Shown: piece after piece, positions 26,250-38,260 of the stretch
How the letters are laid out: each line of letters starts with the position of its first letter
How positions within the stretch are numbered: the first letter of the stretch is position 1
Assembly (NCBI RefSeq): GCF_001194135.2
Contig: NC_068985.1
Location: 47,110,868 to 47,174,867, forward strand
Direction: 5' to 3'
DNA from: Octopus bimaculoides
Lineage: Eukaryota
Length of the DNA stretch: 64,000 bases
Position numbers and translations under genes: made by a program
Notes under the pieces: generated by a model
Databases searched by the model: none
What the model was told of the DNA's origin: nothing
What the model saw: the letters and a program-made list of their open reading frames with translations, nothing else

Positions 26250-27019
26250 GTATAAAGTAGGCGTTTGCTCGTGCGTGTATGTGAGGGTGGTTCTACTACA
26301 CTTGTCAAACGATATTGCAAGGCAATAAGGAAATACATATACAAATGCATGTGTGAGTGCGTGTATGTGAATATATGTAAACATACATACACATATATAT
26401 ATGTATGTATGTATATGTATATATGTATATGTATATATGTATATATAAAAATATATGTGTATGTATATATATATTTATATACATATGTAATATATATATA
26501 TACATATATGTAAATACGTGTATGTATTATACACTTATATATGCGTATATATTCATGCATACATACACACATACACACAAATGTATATGTAGCTTCTTTC
26601 TGTAAGTTTATGCGCAAGCGTCCGTCTCTGTGGTGTGTTTATATGATCATACAATTTTCTTAGACATCTCTACTTTATCATTCTCTTTCTTAATGTTGTG
26701 TCGTATATATATTATTTATCGCTAACCTCAGCTTCAATACAACACACCTTCATTTTTCTTGACTGTGTCAACTTTTAATCTTTATCTTTATAAACTTCTG
26801 CTTCTTAGACCTGTTTTACATACTTCATAGAACGGTCATATTTATAACGACACATTGGTCTCTAAATCTGCACCATATAAACTTAACAAAAACACCCTTG
26901 GTAGCCTCCTGACATCGTAGATGCAGCAGTCATACTCCAAATGACGCCATACGGTTGTAAAACTATAAGATGAAATAAATAACGCAGACCACTGTGTAGT
27001 GTTGATCGTGCAAGGAATG

Positions 27020-27540
27020 ATATTCATTATAAATCTGACCCAGGGCTAAACAAAACTGACATCATTGTCGGTGGGGTCCATGACAGCTAAGCTGGGATCA
27101 AACATCAACCACAGCAATACGTTTGGCGATAAGTCTAACTTGGGTTTCAACGCCGATAGCTTCGATCATAATTCTGCCGTACCAAGGCTAACTAGGTGTT
27201 AGACAACGATGCCTTTCATCGTAATTCTGCCCAATCAAGGTTGGTCATAGGTTTAAGCAACTACAACACCACCTATGATCATAAATATGCTCTGTCCTGT
27301 CTGACTTGGTTTAAACATTCATCATAGGTCGTTTTGTCTATCAAGGTTAACTTGGTGTTGTACAAGAAAACCTTTCAGCGTAGGATGTCTGGAACAGGTC
27401 AGATCTGTGGGTAAACAAGAATACTTTTAGTTATGTATCTGCTAGATCAAGAATGACACGGAAGTAACCAACAATAGCCGCAGCGCTGAGCATAGGTCTG
27501 TAGGAAGAAGATTGATCTCGGGCGAAAAAGATAAACAACA
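27020..27540 (+). repeat. Degenerate tandem array of units of about 53 bp
   Basis: Best pair 27161-27213 versus 27214-27267. Recurring atc(a/g)ta..tctg..caagg..aac.t.gg..taaacaac pattern. Confidence 0.6.
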
Positions 27541-28327
27541 TTTTTGAGAATGAAGGCTTATGTGGAACTCAACAACATCAATAATCGCACAACCCAGTAC
27601 TCGCGGCTACATAAGTTTAGCACTGTAATCTCAAAACAAAACGCATATATTAAGAAATAGTCTCTTATTTTTATGAACAACGAAGCGTAAATCAGAAGAA
27701 ATGAAGTAAATTTAAATATTACAAATCTTCACCGTGGAGGATTCTGCTGTGCAGAAGGAAAGAAGGAGGGAATCTTCTGACAATCCTCTTCAACCAGCAG
27801 CACACATTAGATTTTATACAAATCAGTCATTAATTAGACTAGGGCCGAAGTGGATAGTGCTATTTTCACATTTGTACATTTGACAACTCGGCAGTAATTA
27901 AAAAGTATCTGTTCTTCGCACAGCACAGCGGTAATCAAAACGGATTTAAGTCTGATTTAGACAGCAGCATTTTCTGTGTTATTAATTTAGGAGGAAAAAC
28001 GGGTGCTCCTTCTTAGGGCGCTTGATATAAAAAAAATCATGAAACGGTCCGGCATAATATTTCCTCTGTATACTTTTCCGCAAGTCAATAGCACAGAAGA
28101 AATGTGTTTCCATTATTATTTAACACACAACAAGGCTTTGTAAATACTTAACAAATTTCTTCTTTTACCATTTTAACAGGCTGTTGTGTCAAACATGTTA
28201 ATGCCCCTCAGACACAGACATAGGGGCTCATATATGTGCATTTATCTGTCAATCTACCGATACATACATACATTATACATACATACATACATACTTACAT
28301 ACATACATACTGACATGCATACATGCA

Positions 28328-28747
28328 AGTTCAGGTTTATACTTGTAATTATTTGAGTACTGGGATTTGCAACACACTGTCTAAAGAAACTAGAGAAATT
28401 AGACTTCTCAAAACCAGAAAGGAGAAAGCTTATTCGAAGGTTACAGATCGAAGCCATCACTGGAACTGTAAATATCTGTGAAACTTTCCAGACGTTTATC
28501 ATTTAAATATTCATGAGCATGTCTAGATATTCAAGTATATTCATGACAACATATACACAAAACAAAACAAACAAATCTGCACGTATACATACATACATAC
28601 ATACATACATACATACATACATACATGCATACATACATACATACATACCCTGCTGATAGTGAAATTCCAATGAAGGACCCTTGAATCTAGGTTAGAAACC
28701 CGCTCTTTCTCTATCGGTAAAATATCTTGAAATAAAACTGAATAATG
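28328..28747 (+). mobile_element. RLE retrotransposon 3' end (same family as 18773-19588)
   Basis: KFRFILVII*VLGFATHCLKKLEKLDFSKPERRKLIRRLQIEAITGTVNICETFQTFII* (stop 28504-28506), then the same 3' UTR, an internal (TACA)n at about 28585-28647 and the terminal module. Confidence 0.8.
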
Positions 28748-29171
28748 ACACACACACACATACTCATACATACGCACACACACATACACACATATTTATC
28801 ATCGTAACAAACAGACAAATCGTTTTAAATTTTGCGACAATTGTTATGGATTACGCCATACTTTATGTTAGATCTCATACTCAATATTTAAAATATAGTA
28901 AAAGCAATTCAAATGTAACCAAATATCTTTGTGTCGGTGTTTATCTAGCTATCGTTTAACCTACTTACCTATATACCTACCGAAATGGACTTGCATACTA
29001 CATAGATACATACATACGCACATATAAATATTTGTATTGTATATATTATGTATATATATAATCTATGTATGTGTATATATGTGTATTTGTCTATATATAT
29101 ATATGTATATATACATATACATAAATGCAAACACATACACACGTACGTGTGTATAAGAATGTTTACTTATA

Positions 29172-29340
29172 GGCGTAGGAGTGGCTGTGTGGTAAGTAGC
29201 TTGCCCACCAACCACATGGTTCCGGGTTCAGTCCCACTGCGTGGCACCTTGGGCAAGTGTCTTTTACTATAGCCTCGGGCTGTCCAAAGCCTTGTGAGTG
29301 GATTTGGTAGACGGACACTGAAAGAAGCCCGTCGTATATG

Positions 29341-29375
<35 letters not shown>

Positions 29376-29740
29376 CCGTATTCTTTCTGTTCAAGAGCGT
29401 AGCTCGAAACGTTAAAGACTTTCCGTATTTCCGAGCGTCATACTAATACATCCTTTTGTTGTTTACACCACCTGTCCTCGTTTGTTGTTGTTTTTTTCGT
29501 ACATTCTCCCATATATATATATGCATGTGTGTGTATATGTTTGTGTCTGTGTTTGTCCCCCCAACATCGCTTGACAACCGATGCTGGTGTGTTTACGTCC
29601 CCGTAGCTTAACGGTTCGGCAAAAGAGACGGATGGAATAAGTACTAGGGTTCCAAAGAATATGTCCTGGGGTCGATTTGGTCGACTAAATGTGGTGCTCC
29701 AGCATGGCCACAGTCAAATGACTGAAACAAGTAAAAAGAG
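29172..29740 (+). mobile_element. SINE family B, full length, with internal TA/GT microsatellite
   Basis: A-box tggctgtgtgg, B-box ggttcagtccc, core ccttgggcaagtgtctt, tail ggtgctccagcatggccacagtcaaatgactgaaacaagtaaaa. Confidence 0.9.
29376..29510 (+). mobile_element. Penelope-type fragment nested in the TA tract of SINE B
   Basis: Interrupts the SINE between two (TA)n runs and carries a minimal hammerhead-like motif at 29382-29418. Confidence 0.55.
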
Positions 29741-29745
29741 TATAA

Positions 29746-29890
29746 TATACGACAGGATTCTGTACAAATTCCGTTTACCAAATCGTACTCCAAATATGTG
29801 CGTTAACTAATTCTAAGCTATAGAATAAGACATTTGCCCAAGATGCAGTGGAGTAGGCCTGAACGTTGGACCAGGTATTTGCGAAGCTCT
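29746..29890 (-). mobile_element. SINE family B 5' half, degenerate
   Basis: Reverse complement reads catcttgggcaaatgtcttattctatagc...gatttggtaaacgga...gtcgtat. Confidence 0.7.
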
Positions 29891-30599
29891 TAACTCTCTG
29901 CTTATCACCGGCGAATAGTAAGACGATTTATAATACAGTTCTGTTAACGTTTGTTTCTTCTCTGGACAATGTTACGACTATTTGATGGAGTAGTGTATTT
30001 GATTAGAACGACCTTCACTATGTTACTGATATTTTGAGAGCCAATTAGGGAACCTTAGTTTAGAAACTTGATAAGCCATTGTGGTTCTATGTATTCCCAA
30101 TACCGGGGAAGTTCTGCAGACTTAACGCTGCTGCTCAACTTTGATCTTTGTGACATGAGAAATTGGCGAAGAATATGTCAGAAAAACCTCTCAATTAGAA
30201 TTATCAAGCAGAAGGCACGGCATGATGTGTGCAATTTGAAACCGCAATATATTAAGATGATGTAAAACAAAGAAAGAAAATAAGTTGCTATTCGTGTCTG
30301 CATATGGTGTTCAGGTCACTGTGATACTCAATGAATTGCTTTTTTTCGGAAAATACAGGTGTCTCATATATTAGATAAAACATGTGGCAGAAACGCTAGT
30401 TTAAGTTCACTAAGAGATGAAAAATAGCTGATTGAATAAATTATAGCTACCTAAATATGAGTCCATAATGTTTTTTCTATTTTAGGAATAAATCCAACGA
30501 GCAGCCTTTTCTAATTTGAATCGGTTTGAGAAAAATTGCTGAACAAAAAATGATTTAAATAATTTAGACACCAGGATATGTATGCATAAATATCAAAGT

Positions 30600-31300
30600 G
30601 GATTGTTTGCAACAATCCAGATTTAGCATTGTTACTACTAGCGACACGGTGAAAAAATTTTAAAGTTACTAAAAAATATTCTGATAATACTATAACTTTC
30701 GTTATATGACATCAGCCACAACAAGAAACAGCGTGTTTAAAATGTCATAATTGTTGTTGACGGATCATGCAAGCTGAGTGTCTCGGTATTCAAACCGGGC
30801 ATTAGGAGTGTTGTGGAAAGTTAAATCATGTTGCCAAGTGTTGCTATTGTCTGCATTCAACATCAATGACGCTTCTTACGAACATAACAATATCATCAAT
30901 ATAACTCTTAATGAAATTAAAGACATCTATCGTAGATTGAATGTTGTTTCAATAAGAAGCAGCCCAACTTGCTTAGCTACTCTCTATTCCTTCATTGATA
31001 AAATTTGCTCGACGTTAATTAATCAATGAAGAACTTTAATAACATATGTCAGTTCAGTATCCATAGCAAATTGAACTGAATTTGGTTATTTTACATGCAA
31101 CAATAATTTTACATACAACAATAATCAGGAATTTGTGATCAAAGATTCTATTTGACTAGCATTAATTGAACGGAACATATCATGGTACATTTTTGCTTTA
31201 AAAATTCTCTTCCAATCGCGAAGGGTTTGATAGCGTTACAGGAAAGAAGCCCAAGTAGAAGATAACTGCTGTTCATAAAATATCTTTCCAGTTTACAGAG
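30600..31300 (-). mobile_element. Probable hAT transposase remnant
   Basis: SSYLL....AIKPFAIGREFLKQKC (KPF at 31220-31228) resembles the ASY..A..IA...KPF..GEF.K.C segment of Charlie/SPIN-type transposases. Further motifs are weak. Confidence 0.35.
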
Positions 31301-32362
31301 GTTAACAAACGGTTTAGTGTATTGGTGCATTAACAACATTAACATTGCGTCACCATATTTCACTTGTGGCATGAACAAGAATAAAGTAAGACTAAAAGTT
31401 CACCGAAATATAAATATCGATACATTTGCTTACACTGTACCAACTATTGATTCTATATCATCTGGTTCGAACTGAGTAAAGTTCCATGCAATTGTTTACA
31501 AAATTTAAATTAGGCAAATGTCATTGTTTAATGCCTCAGAAAAACAGGCTAACAGTGATCAGGTGTCAATAAAGGGCAGTAACTAGTCAGGACTAGACGA
31601 TCTGTTGGATAAAATATCTTGCAGTATTTCTTTTGGCTGTTTATGTTCTGAGTTCGCTTGCGTTGACGTTTGCACCATACTGTACTGATCGTTGAATTTT
31701 CTATTGGCATCTATAGGAGACTTTTGGCATGAGTTACAGCTGGTCTTCTACACAAAGGCAAAAATCTTGACTAGTGTTGCGGCCCCGAGAAGAATTTTTT
31801 GTTGCAAAATGGTCAATCCTGAGGGAGAGAGACCGTGGACTTCAGCCTTTTAGAGACATCACCCAACACTGATATTTTACATGCATTGATTTATGTTATC
31901 GGAAAAAAGCAAGGATATGAGAATGAAATTATTTCATTGAAATGAGGAACGGATTGTGGATGTCTCAGGTGAAGAATAAAGAACAAAATAAGAAGAAATA
32001 ATGAAAGGAACCCAAGAAAGAATCTAACAGACAAGAATGGATGAAGAAAATTGGAAGAAAGAATCTAAACGAATAAAAAAAAATGAATAATGCAATAAAT
32101 AAATAAATAAATATATAAATAAGGCAATAAATGGTTCATGGGACAAAAATAGTGAAATATCGTTCTATTTCCGGCTTTAGTTTGGGATGTCTCACATTCG
32201 ACATTTCCATTGAAACGTTTATCATATCGGGTTAGTGGAACTGGCACCAACCAATCAATTTACACATACATTCACACATACATACACACATTCGTACATG
32301 CATGCATACATGCATACATACATACATACATAACTACATACATAACTACATACATAAATACA

Positions 32363-32396
<34 letters not shown>

Positions 32397-33464
32397 CAAG
32401 CATACATACATACATACATACATATATGCATGCATGCATGCATACATACATACATACATACATACATGCATACATACATACATACATACATATATANNNN
32501 NNNNNNNNNNNNNNNNNNNNNNNNNNNNNNNNNNNNNNNNNNNNNNNNNNNNNNNNNNNNNNNNNNNNNNNNNNNNNNNNNNNNNNNNNNNNNNNNNNNN
32601 NNNNNNNNNNNNNNNNNNNNNNNNNNNNNNNNNNNNNNNNNNNNNNNNNNNNNNNNNNNNNNNNNNNNNNNNNNNNNNNNNNNNNNNNNNNNNNNNNNNN
32701 NNNNNNNNNNNNNNNNNNNNNNNNNNNNNNNNNNNNNNNNNNNNNNNNNNNNNNNNNNNNNNNNNNNNNNNNNNNNNNNNNNNNNNNNNNNNNNNNNNNN
32801 NNNNNNNNNNNNNNNNNNNNNNNNNNNNNNNNNNNNNNNNNNNNNNNNNNNNNNNNNNNNNNNNNNNNNNNNNNNNNNNNNNNNNNNNNNNNNNNNNNNN
32901 NNNNNNNNNNNNNNNNNNNNNNNNNNNNNNNNNNNNNNNNNNNNNNNNNNNNNNNNNNNNNNNNNNNNNNNNNNNNNNNNNNNNNNNNNNNNNNNNNNNN
33001 NNNNNNNNNNNNNNNNNNNNNNNNNNNNNNNNNNNNNNNNNNNNNNNNNNNNNNNNNNNNNNNNNNNNNNNNNNNNNNNNNNNNNNNNNNNNNNNNNNNN
33101 NNNNNNNNNNNNNNNNNNNNNNNNNNNNNNNNNNNNNNNNNNNNNNNNNNNNNNNNNNNNNNNNNNNNNNNNNNNNNNNNNNNNNNNNNNNNNNNNNNNN
33201 NNNNNNNNNNNNNNNNNNNNNNNNNNNNNNNNNNNNNNNNNNNNNNNNNNNNNNNNNNNNNNNNNNNNNNNNNNNNNNNNNNNNNNNNNNNNNNNNNNNN
33301 NNNNNNNNNNNNNNNNNNNNNNNNNNNNNNNNNNNNNNNNNNNNNNNNNNNNNNNNNNNNNNNNNNNNNNNNNNNNNNNNNNNNNNNNNNNNNNNNNNNN
33401 NNNNNNNNNNNNNNNNNNNNNNNNNNNNNNNNNNNNNNNNNNNNNNNNNNNNNNNNNNNNNNNN

Positions 33465-33554
33465 CTACATGAACTTCTAACTTGTTGTCTCTTGAGGTCT
33501 CTGGGTGAGACTTGAATCCAACTTGTACAAATGCAAAGCAAAAGTCAAACATAA

Positions 33555-33606
<52 letters not shown>

Positions 33607-33719
33607 CCTACATGAACTTCTAACTTGTTGTCTCTTGAGGTCTCTGGGTGAGACTTGGATCCAACTTGTACAAATGCAAAGCAAAAGTCAAACATAAAAT
33701 AATAATAATAATAATAATA
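33465..33719 (+). repeat. Two tandem copies of a unit of about 90 bp, each with an (AAT)n tail (probable R4/Dong 3' UTR)
   Basis: Copies at 33465-33554 and 33605-33697 differ at one base (ttgaatcc vs ttggatcc). The gaggtc......acttg pattern is shared with the UTR at 35057-35080. Confidence 0.6.
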
Positions 33720-33723
33720 GTGT

Positions 33724-33922
33724 CTTCAAAATTTGCTACCAGGGCAGCAATTTTAGGGTAGGGGACTACTCGAATACATCGACCTCAGTGTTTCGCTGGT
33801 ATTTATCGACCCCGAAATGATGAAAGACAAATCGACCTCGACGGAATTTGAACGCAGCGAGGGGAAAATGCTTGTAAGTATTTTTCTTTCCCGGTTTGCT
33901 AACGATTCTGCCAGCTTGCCAC
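33724..33922 (-). mobile_element. SINE family A
   Basis: tttatcgaccccgaaatgatgaaagacaaatcgacctcgacggaatttgaac...gctaacgattctgccagct. Confidence 0.85.
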
Positions 33923-33925
33923 CTT

Positions 33926-33933
33926 AGTAGTAA

Positions 33934-34014
<81 letters not shown>

Positions 34015-34064
34015 CACTACTACTACTACTACTACTACTACTGATGAGGATGATGATGATGATG

Positions 34065-34113
<49 letters not shown>
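33926..34113. repeat. Compound (TAG)(CTA)(GAT)(AAT) microsatellite
   Basis: Read directly from the sequence. Confidence 0.95.
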
Positions 34114-35238
<1,125 letters not shown>

Positions 35239-35843
35239 AAGAAGAAGAAGAAGAAGAAAAAAGAAAGAAAGAATTAATGCAGGAATTAGAAGAATTAGAA
35301 AGAAAAACGAAGAATTTCTGACTGAAACCCAAGTCATAAATAAATAAAATGTATAAATATAAACAAACAAATCTGTATAGAAGTAAGTAGGCACGCGAAA
35401 GATAGAAGTAAAGACCTATGAGAATATAGTTCGAAAGAGAATGCTTTATATTGTAACACAATATCCGTCCGTTCTTTGCAAGAGAAAATTCTACATTACC
35501 AGATTTAATCCGCTTGACTAGATAACTATTAATAGGATTAAGTAATATTTCTCTGTCTCTTATATGTATATATCATTAGTATTATTATTTTTATGTGCAT
35601 ATTTGTTTGGTGTGTTGTTAATATTTTAAGTTTGGTTAAATCAAAGAAAAACACCTAAAACAATAGGTATATGCAAATACGACGCACGTGTGTGTGTGTG
35701 TGTGTGTGTGTGNNNNNNNNNNNNNNNNNNNNNNNNNNNNNNNNNNNNNNNNNNNNNNNNNNNNNNNNNNNNNNNNNNNNNNNNNNNNNNNNNNNNNNNN
35801 NNNNNNNNNNNNATATATATATATATATGTATGTATGTATATG

Positions 35844-35879
<36 letters not shown>

Positions 35880-36164
35880 TATAGAGAAAATCAAACATTA
35901 ATAAACAGGATTTAGGAATAAAGAAATATAACAATAATACCTTCAAAATAGTAAAAAGAAAACGTTAATGGTTTCTAACGTTAGGCACAAGCTCAGCAAT
36001 TTTTTGAGGTAGATACTGTCGACATCAATATTTAACCGAAGATGGCTGAAAAGCAAATTAGAACATTGTGAGATCTAAAATCATAATGTAGCATCTCACA
36101 AGAAATACCGCAAAGAATTTCTCCCAACGCTCTAATGATTCTGCCAGTTTACCCTTAATAACGT

Positions 36165-36630
36165 TTGCAAATTTTAGCAGTTTTTGAGGGTAAGAGGAAG
36201 TCGATTACATCGACCCCAGTATTTACTTGGTACTTGTTTCATCGATCTCGAAATGGTAAAAGATAATGTCGACCTCAGTGGTATTTGAACTGAGAAGGTG
36301 TGAAACGCTGAGAATATGTGAAACGCTGCAAATGTGTGAAACGCTGTTAAGTATTTTGTGCGACATGCTAACGATTCTGCTAAGTTGCCATTTTATTTGC
36401 CTTCAATAGCAATAATTCTTTCTAATTTTGGTAGAAGGCTAGCAAATTTGAATGGAGTGAAGGCAGCTAAATCAACCCCAATGTTAAACTGGTCCCTATA
36501 CTACGGAGCCCTAAAAAAATGAAAAGCAAATTCGACCTCGGCAGTTTTTGAGCTCAGAATACAAAGAGCCGGAAGAAGTGCCGTTTAAAGTTTTGTCCGA
36601 TATGTTAACGTTCCAGGTAGCTCACCACCA
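36165..36630 (-). mobile_element. Two adjacent SINE family A copies
   Basis: gtcgattacatcgaccccagt...gtcgacctcagtggtatttgaactga (36165-36390) and a more decayed copy at 36415-36630. Confidence 0.75.
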
Positions 36631-37710
36631 GTACTCAAACAAAAACGAAGACGAGGTCACAGAAAAGTAAGAAAGCAACGATGGTAAACAAAAACAAACA
36701 TGATAACGATAAAATTTTAACAAGGAAAATTTATTCGGAATATGTTTCTCTTAAAAGAGAAATATATTCAACACTTATAGTAGGGAAAGTAAAAGAACGC
36801 AGTGGAAGTGAATAGACAGAAAATCCTTCACAGAATAGATTTTTTTCACCGAAGAAAGCTTTTGAGCAAGTTTTAGAGACCAATACAACACATAAAAACT
36901 TGCTGAAACGCAATAAAAACCAAGCAAAACGGCATGGAAAAAATCCAATGCTTCTGGTTAAAATACTTCACAGGGGTACATATGGTGACAGCTAATATTT
37001 TAATAAGATATTAACAATACCGGAGACTTGGTTCTCTAAAAGTAAAATGATTCTACACCCTGAGATTAGCAATTCTGTAGTTTATATAATCTTCTTTTCT
37101 GCAACCTACAAAACTTTAACTCACATAATATCACAGAGTGTAAAAAAGTCTGGAAAAACTGTTTTTCCAGAAGAGTAAAGTGGAAGTTTGTAAAGTCTTG
37201 TGTAGCAGTGAAAATCAATTAGTGATCAACAAAGTTATAAAGGATGAATGTCAAGGTGAAGTGAAAGGTTCAATCATTGCATAGATAGGCTACCACCAGA
37301 AGTTGTTTCTTTTTTTATAGCAACCTTTATATATGGATTTTTGAAATATAAGGCGTGAGTTAGGCAGTACAAATTTTAAGTAGATACAATAAGTAGGCCA
37401 CAAGAAAATGGGAAACAATTCTGCTGATACCAATAAAAAAGCTAATGCAGAAAATAAATATCCCCACTCCCACTAGGTTTTCCTTTTTAGTTGGGGACAG
37501 CCACGTTCGCATCACCTGCCTTTCTATTGCTTCTCTTATTTGCAATAATATCAAAGAAATAAGTAAGCTGCTAAAACTTATTTTTAAGATAGCAATGTGC
37601 ATCGATTCACATGTCTGTATAGACCATTTAATGATAAATAAAATCCTAACTGAAGACTATATTAAGATTATCGAAGGATCTGAGTATGGCTGGGATTAAC
37701 AGCTAGGTGG

Positions 37711-38260
37711 TCTCTTACACTTTTCTACCTGGCGTTAACACCTTTACCGCATATGTTAAACAAGACTAGACTGGCATATAACTACCATGAGCGGGCAATC
37801 AATCATCTTTTGCATGTGGGCAACCTCAAGTCGTATGCTGCAAGTGTCAAACAACTAGACACACTGCTACAGAGAGTACACAAATTTAGTGGAGAAGTTA
37901 TTATGTGATTCGGAGTCAAGGCTACTTTGAAGAAAGGAAAATTAATTAGCAACAGTAGTATCATGTGAGACAAAATACCGACTATAAGAGAAATACTACA
38001 TACGCAAACTTAAAGGTATTTCTGAATTAATAACCAGACAGATTAGAAAAAAGTAAAGTGTAAGATCGAATAATATGAACAAATTACGTCAATACTTAAA
38101 TCAGAGCCAAATGCCAGAGACAAGGTAATAACCATCAATGTATTAGCTGTCCTAACAATCAGTTATATTCTCAATTTCGCACTGAAATCTGGCGAAGCTA
38201 CAAGGGAGAAATAATGATGACATTTTTAATAGACCATAAGCATTTAGTTTCAGTATTAAC
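37711..38260 (+). mobile_element. R4/Dong-like reverse transcriptase fragment (pseudogene)
   Basis: SLTLFYLALTPLPHMLNKTRLAYNYHERAINHLLHVGNLKSYAASVKQLDTLLQRVHKFS...KATLKKGKL. The expected HLLYMDDLK is decayed to HLLHVGNLK (37813-37824). Absent from the supplied ORF track. Confidence 0.8.

Noticed and set aside
27020-27540. CRISPR-like repeat/spacer reading of the 53-bp array (and of 36300-36346)
   Set aside because: Units are degenerate along their whole length, there are no invariant repeats with unique spacers, there are no cas genes, and the context is eukaryotic.
29172-29250. tRNA gene call for SINE heads
   Set aside because: A and B boxes are present but there is no cloverleaf, and the sequence continues into a SINE body.
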